From Cyanophora paradoxa CCMP329 (taxonomy: Eukaryota > Plantae > Glaucophyta), in assembly GCA_004431415.1 (NCBI GenBank), contig QPMI01000071.1, forward strand, positions 124,001 through 188,000: a DNA stretch of 64,000 bases, read 5' to 3'. A program made the position numbers and the translations under genes. Shown one piece after another: positions 59,012 through 64,000 of the stretch. The stretch's first letter is position 1. Every line of letters starts with the position of its first letter. The notes beneath the pieces are model-generated. The model was given only the letters and a program-made list of their open reading frames with translations, was not told the origin of the DNA and did not search any database.

Positions 59012-60325
59012 TCATGAAGATACTCTTCGGATTCCGTCGGCACCAATTATCATTATGTTATGAGCAAGGGCAATGCACTGAATTTGCATCTTCTGATAAG
59101 CGGCACCCGCATACCATTCTGATGAACCTTCGGCTGCCGTTGTGACACCGTTGAATTCGAAGACCAGATCGAACGCCGATGTGCCTGTGGCATCGATGTA
59201 GCCCGTGTTCTCTTGGTTGAGAAGCGACGCCTTTCCGTTTCCAGCACCGAAGTAAATGCCAGTGAGAGCGGGGTAGCTTGTGCTCTCGGTAAAGATCGCC
59301 GAATTATATTTATCTTGAAGTTCGGTCGCGGCAATCATGAGAGGAAGCGAAGTATTCGAGTAAAGGCGGTTATTGTTGAGTTCCACATAGAAGCTTACGG
59401 CGTTGGTTCTGAGTGCACGAGGAGCCAGAACCGAGAGAGTTCCGTTGTTCACCTTTGTCTTTGCGTTTTGGCGCACAGAGAATACGAGAGTGTGGATGAG
59501 ACCCGCCCCTGTGAGTTGCGAGAGATTGACTCGCGAACCGGAGGCGGTCGGCTGGAAATCTGTGTGTAGGAAACCGATTTCGTTGTAGGGGATCGCGATG
59601 CCAGTCGATTTAACACGGGCAATGGTCTCAGATACAACCGCCTCATCGGCATTTACGACCTTGCAAATAACGCGGGGTTTCAGCACTTGAAGGGAAGCGC
59701 CATTGTTGGTTACCGCAATATTAGCAACATTGTTCGTGTCCTCAATGATACCATCCCCTTGCGCCTTGAATTCGATTTCCACTGTGATCTCAGAGTTCAG
59801 AGCGCAAAGTGGGAACATTGCCTTTTCGAAAGGAGAGGGTAAATCGATTTCGTAGGTTCCACCGACAGTGTTACCAGCGGTTCCGACAAGACCACCCACA
59901 TAGCGAAGTTTCTTATCGAGTTCGCCCTGTTCAGTCATCAGTAGAAAATACTGGGTGACGAAATCTTCCGGGACAACATAGCGGAATGAAGCGTGAGAGA
60001 TTTCAATGCGCTTAATTAGCGATCCAATAACGCGAAGGTAGCCAGTAGTTCCGGCGACACCATTCGTGAGATCAGTGAGGGTGATCGGGTTAAGATCGAG
60101 TTGCAGCGCGAGACCATTCAGGAAATGGTAGCGGGGGATTTTGAAAACTACTCGGTTACCGAGGGCATTGGTTGGTTCGGTATCGGGGGCGACCAGAACT
60201 CGAAGTGGCTTAGTGCCAGAGGACGTTCCAATGACCAGCGACTTGTTTAGGAAATAATCCTTGTAGTCATCGGTGGTGAGCATAGATTTCAGCGTTGGGC
60301 GCTGGAATTGGCTGTTAGTCTCCAT
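59012..60325 (-). CDS. Double jelly-roll major capsid protein
   Basis: 437 aa, beta-rich. LGNRVVFKIPR..FLNGLALQLDL, SLIKRIEIS, IDLPSPF..FPLCALNSEITVEIEFK, IHTLVFSVR and the terminal IALAHNIMII parallel NCLDV/PLV MCP strands; clustered with the ATPase and pentons. Confidence 0.85.
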   Translation of the reverse strand: METNSQFQRPTLKSMLTTDDYKDYFLNKSLVIGTSSGTKPLRVLVAPDTEPTNALGNRVVFKIPRYHFLNGLALQLDLNPITLTDLTNGVAGTTGYLRVIGSLIKRIEISHASFRYVVPEDFVTQYFLLMTEQGELDKKLRYVGGLVGTAGNTVGGTYEIDLPSPFEKAMFPLCALNSEITVEIEFKAQGDGIIEDTNNVANIAVTNNGASLQVLKPRVICKVVNADEAVVSETIARVKSTGIAIPYNEIGFLHTDFQPTASGSRVNLSQLTGAGLIHTLVFSVRQNAKTKVNNGTLSVLAPRALRTNAVSFYVELNNNRLYSNTSLPLMIAATELQDKYNSAIFTESTSYPALTGIYFGAGNGKASLLNQENTGYIDATGTSAFDLVFEFNGVTTAAEGSSEWYAGAAYQKMQIQCIALAHNIMIIGADGIRRVSS

Positions 60326-60372
60326 GAGCGTTTCTTCTCTTATCTTTGGGATCAGAAAATAATTTAAAGGGC

Positions 60373-61299
60373 TTAGTAGAAATTCATTTCGGGCGGTGCG
60401 TCGTAGGTTTCGATTTCAAAAGTGAAATAATGCGCCCAACCCCCGAAATCTAAGAGAGCGCCATCATGGTCGATGAGTTTAATCGTCAAGCGGTCGAACG
60501 ATTTTAATTCGCGGAATTCACGAATGAGAGGCACCGTAGTGGACGTGTCGAAGTGGTAGATATCACCGTGTTCGAGTTCCTGTGGGATTGGAATGCGTAT
60601 GAAATAACCATCGACGTGCTTGTTCACTGAGCGAATAAACGGCGCAAATTCGTCAATATATAGCCAGATCATCGCCGCCGGGGTCTCATCTCCACGAGTA
60701 TAGCCACGAATGCGTCGATTGAGTGTCACAGTTCCCGTCCCAGGATTAAACACAAGGAATGTATCGCTTGCAAGAGGGGTAAATGTCTCGTAAACATATA
60801 GTTGAATTTCTTTGAAACCGAATATTGCGAGTTTCTTAGCGATTGCTTTGCGGTTACTGGATTTTCTGAGTGTGGCTTCGGAAGCCTGAGAGAACTTGAA
60901 CCAAAAGTTACTATCACTGAAAAACTCATAGATCTTTGAAGTAGTATTATAGCGGCATTTAATATATTTTCCACCGAAATCTGAAAGGCGAGCTGCTTCG
61001 AGTCTTTCTGTGACTTTTGCGGCAAGGTCGTCTTTGGTGTAAAATCCTTTGGGGATTGTGATGGTCACGAATCCGGAATCCGAAGCTGTGACCGAGAAAT
61101 AGAGTTCCATGCGCTCGATGGTTGCACCAGTGGCATCGATATCGTTCGTCACAGTCGAAAGAACATTGGGAACCGTTGCCTGCACCAGGCGCACCGATTT
61201 TACGTTGTCATAGCGACGGGGTAATGTCACTACATACTGGTTTGGCTGAGTAAACTCCTCATCGCGATCATCGCTCGAAAAGCTCAGGTATTCTTTCAT
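60373..61299 (-). CDS. Minor capsid protein (penton) 1
   Basis: Likely start MKEYLSFSSDDRD..PNQYVVTLPRRYDNVKSVRLVQATVPN; C-terminal FDRLTIKLIDHDGALLDFGG..FTFEI. Confidence 0.8.
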   Translation of the reverse strand: MKEYLSFSSDDRDEEFTQPNQYVVTLPRRYDNVKSVRLVQATVPNVLSTVTNDIDATGATIERMELYFSVTASDSGFVTITIPKGFYTKDDLAAKVTERLEAARLSDFGGKYIKCRYNTTSKIYEFFSDSNFWFKFSQASEATLRKSSNRKAIAKKLAIFGFKEIQLYVYETFTPLASDTFLVFNPGTGTVTLNRRIRGYTRGDETPAAMIWLYIDEFAPFIRSVNKHVDGYFIRIPIPQELEHGDIYHFDTSTTVPLIREFRELKSFDRLTIKLIDHDGALLDFGGWAHYFTFEIETYDAPPEMNFY

Positions 61300-61315
61300 C
61301 TTACTATAATAGATT

Positions 61316-62160
61316 ATGAAAAGAATAACAATAAATTGCGACAGTAGAGACCTTGAAAACGGCGTGCTGCACTTGAAAACGCGCCTTAATAATGTAAGGC
61401 GATTTCGTGTGCTATCAGCTGAGATTCCCAATAGCTCTTATGTTGTTCCGCCCGATCAGACAATAACTATAACGCTTCTGAACGAAGAGCCCACAGTAAT
61501 CCCCGCATCCAAAATGATAGCACCGATTCCCAGCATAAACGATTATTATTACGTCGATGCTGATAACGAACGATATCCGAAAGAGAGAGCTCTAAACAGT
61601 GATGCTATACTCGGATTTGCGGGCGGTTCTTTTAATCCACTCGGTCTCTTCCCGGTCTCCTATTCTCTCGCTCTGTCTACGAACCGCTTCGTTTTCTCAT
61701 CTCCGAATAGCCCGTTTACATTAGAGTCCTCAGACCAGGAGTTCTGTGATTGTCTCGGCATAGAACCGGAGTGGTTTACGCCAGCACACCAGAACCAGTG
61801 CCGGTTCCACTCAGAGATTACCCCAGTCGCTACGCGATTATATGCCCGAAAATGGTCGACTTTAATGCAATTCCATATATTTACCTTGATATCGAAGAGC
61901 TCCGCCCGTTTTCCAAATTCGCAGCGGTTACAGGTAGACTGAACAATGTCGACGACTCCTATCTATTGCGAATTCAGATGAACTCGGACTTTGGTAGATA
62001 TTCCTTTTACCACGAACCGAGCGCAAGCATCCCTTTCGTAAATGTCACATCGCAACTCGATTTAGATCGTCTCACAATTTCGCTTCGAAAATGGCGGGGC
62101 TCTGTTGCGGATATAAACGGTCTCTCATACTCGTTTCAGCTGGAAGTGATCACGGATTAA
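61316..62160 (+). CDS. Minor capsid protein (penton) 2; frameshift near 61770
   Basis: ITINCDSRD..LNNVRRFRVLSAEIPNSSYVV at the N-terminus; YIYLDIEEL..LDRLTISLRKWRGSVADINGLSYSFQLEV at the C-terminus in ORF 61750-62160. Confidence 0.8.
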
Positions 62161-62167
62161 GCGCTGT

Positions 62168-63661
62168 TCACACGTAGTAGCCCTCGAAATCTATTCGGCA
62201 TGCCGAAGCTACGTTCGTCGTGAGCACCCAGATTACGAGGGTTCTCACAGATCTCGGGTTCGCTAAGAAATGTTCGTCGGGATCAGCACTTTCGGCTATT
62301 TGATTTGCATTGGTAAACACTCTCGTCGCGCCGGCTTCTGTGTATGTGACAAGCGCCGAAACTCCCGGAGTTAATTGGTAATCGATCTCAAACGTTTTAA
62401 TGTAGTTTCCATTCGCAGCCGGCTTCATTTTTATAGAGGAAAGCATAAACAGACGCGGGAAATCGATGCGTAAGTAATTGCCTCCCGACCTACTACCTTG
62501 CGGCGGGTTTGTAAATCCCACCCATCCCGTAGCATTTGACCAGCGGGCATCAGAAGCTGTGCCAAATTCCGCAATAAAGGCGCTATTATCGAGCGGCACC
62601 CAGTTAGACTCCGGGGGTGCGCTTACATCTGTGCACCCGGACAGATTAATTATGGGAACATCGCCCTCTGAGATATTCATCGTCAGCACTGAATACATCG
62701 CATTAAAATACGTTTGCTGTGCGGAAACAAACGCGAGCGCTTCCGTTTCCAAATATTGCAGGTGACTCGTTGTGATAGTATCGAGGGTCATTTTATCTTT
62801 CGGTAAAGGAACGCTCAGCTTATAGTAGCGATCGTAATTCTGATCATCGTTTCTGGGTAAAAGTTCCAGTAGCTTTACGTGGGCGTTTAGATCACTCGAC
62901 TCTAAGAACATGCTGAGAATTGGCGATCCTGTGGCGCTTAGCATCCATTGCACGATCCCCCAATTTTTCATAGTGTCGTACGAATATCCCGCGGTTGCTT
63001 TATCGGCGTCTTGGACGTGACCCGCCGTAATCGAGACCACGATTAGCTCCTCCTCGCAAGAGTTTCCGAATAAAGTGCGGGCGAATGTGTAACCACAAAC
63101 CCCGGGCGAATTATTTCCACTCATGCAACCATCAATTAAACAGTATGTTCTTCCGGCGACTGTGACTTGTTTCGGCTCGAAATAGGTCGGAGCAGCCGAG
63201 GTAGCCCTTGCAGCATCGCGCACAAGCATCCCATTAATATCTTCATCGTTGCTTGAAATAAAAACGGGGGACATTTGAACCGTGTCGAACGCAGTTACTA
63301 TGGTGGGTTTGTAGAGATCCGCCATAGTCGCTGAGCCGCAAAGTTCCAGAGCCACAGCTTCTAAATTCGTGGCTTCATACTTGGGGCGTTGCACAATCGA
63401 TGTAAGCACTCGTGGATTCGCGAAAATCAGCGGTAGTTTCGCTTTGTAGAGCGCCAGAATATCAGTGGCAGTATATTTAGGGGCGCCATCGGTTCCCTTG
63501 ATATTCAATAGGAGCGCGATTAATCCACCTGTGGATGTTCCCGCAAAGCAGTCGAATAGCTGTTGGATTCGTTTACCGGTTTGGGCTTCAATCTGTGCCA
63601 GTATAGCAGCCTCGATTATTCCGCGCGACCCCCCTCCACTCAAAGCGAGGCAGGTCTTCAT
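62168..63661 (-). CDS. Patatin-like phospholipase fused to a C-terminal discoidin (F5/8 type C)-like domain
   Basis: LALSGGGSRG oxyanion motif, AGTSTGG (GxSxG), ATSAAPTYF, IDGC. C-terminus YLRIDF..YIKTFEIDY..FTNAN..HFLANP..RTLVI..CRIDFEG. Confidence 0.85.
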   Translation of the reverse strand: MKTCLALSGGGSRGIIEAAILAQIEAQTGKRIQQLFDCFAGTSTGGLIALLLNIKGTDGAPKYTATDILALYKAKLPLIFANPRVLTSIVQRPKYEATNLEAVALELCGSATMADLYKPTIVTAFDTVQMSPVFISSNDEDINGMLVRDAARATSAAPTYFEPKQVTVAGRTYCLIDGCMSGNNSPGVCGYTFARTLFGNSCEEELIVVSITAGHVQDADKATAGYSYDTMKNWGIVQWMLSATGSPILSMFLESSDLNAHVKLLELLPRNDDQNYDRYYKLSVPLPKDKMTLDTITTSHLQYLETEALAFVSAQQTYFNAMYSVLTMNISEGDVPIINLSGCTDVSAPPESNWVPLDNSAFIAEFGTASDARWSNATGWVGFTNPPQGSRSGGNYLRIDFPRLFMLSSIKMKPAANGNYIKTFEIDYQLTPGVSALVTYTEAGATRVFTNANQIAESADPDEHFLANPRSVRTLVIWVLTTNVASACRIDFEGYYV

Positions 63662-63704
63662 TATCTTATATACTTCTTATATATCTTCTTTGTTTATAAA
63701 GAGG

Positions 63705-64000
63705 ATGTCGTTCCTGAATCCGCGACCAGATGCACGAGTAATTAATTCGACCACGCAAATAGAAGACAGTGATCAAGTAAACACCGAAATTCGCGGGTCT
63801 CTGAGAATAAACTTCAATGCAGACCGCGAAGATCCAGTCAGTGGGACACCGAGCAGACCCGCAGCTTTGCAGTTAATGAACGTCGAGAAAGGGGATCATA
63901 AACTTGGAATCGACTTTTTACTTGATGATAACGAACGAAACAGAGTCGCCAGCATTCAGGCAACCCGCCAGCTACCGAAAACGGTGCGATATAATCGTAG
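63705..64000 (+). CDS. Partial viral ORF running off the window (function unknown)
   Basis: ATG at 63705 after TTTATAAAGAGG; open for 98 codons (MSFLNPRPDARVINSTTQIED..) to the edge. Confidence 0.6.
   Translation, partial: MSFLNPRPDARVINSTTQIEDSDQVNTEIRGSLRINFNADREDPVSGTPSRPAALQLMNVEKGDHKLGIDFLLDDNERNRVASIQATRQLPKTVRYNR

Larger units (their letters stand above)
46860..64000. mobile_element. Endogenous Polinton-like virus / Maverick-type element (right end outside the window)
   Basis: Abrupt drop in GC; intronless, tightly packed ORFs; hallmark set of rve integrase, PolB, A32-like ATPase, DJR major capsid and pentons. Left boundary is approximate. Confidence 0.93.

Noticed and set aside
46860-64000. 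Bacterial prophage or contaminant interpretation (dam, speD and HNH-AP2 look prokaryotic)
   Set aside because: The DJR capsid, pentons, A32 ATPase and Polinton-type integrase indicate a eukaryotic virus; starts have AT-rich TATA-like contexts rather than consistent Shine-Dalgarno sites.

Overview
Eukaryotic window with two compositionally distinct parts. About 1-46.8 kb is GC-rich, intron-containing protist/alga-like host DNA. It carries (i) a full-length, single-ORF non-LTR retrotransposon (APE-RT-RNase H, 1156-9670, 15-bp TSD), (ii) a 5'-truncated L1/Tx1-like element (14304-17703, 10-bp TSD) plus a 37-bp solo copy of its 3' hairpin, (iii) several MITE-like elements, (iv) a secreted-protein gene and a multi-exon membrane-protein gene, and (v) a tandem cluster of five F-box/LRR-like genes interleaved with a ~1-kb repeated upstream block. 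From ~46860 to the window end is an AT-richer, intronless, gene-dense endogenous Polinton-like virus (PLV/Maverick-type), apparently inserted in a host intron and cut off by the window edge. It encodes a retroviral-type integrase, a ~1450-aa (TP?)-vOTU-PolB-SF1 helicase-HNH fusion, an A32-like packaging ATPase, an NCLDV-like double jelly-roll MCP, two head-to-head pentons, an HNH-AP2 endonuclease and a patatin-discoidin fusion. Most unusually, it also has an adjacent pair of a Dam-type DNA adenine methyltransferase and an S-adenosylmethionine decarboxylase. Many ORFs are broken by single-base indels, often at homopolymers, which look more like long-read errors than decay. All calls come from motif recognition by eye; no searches were run.
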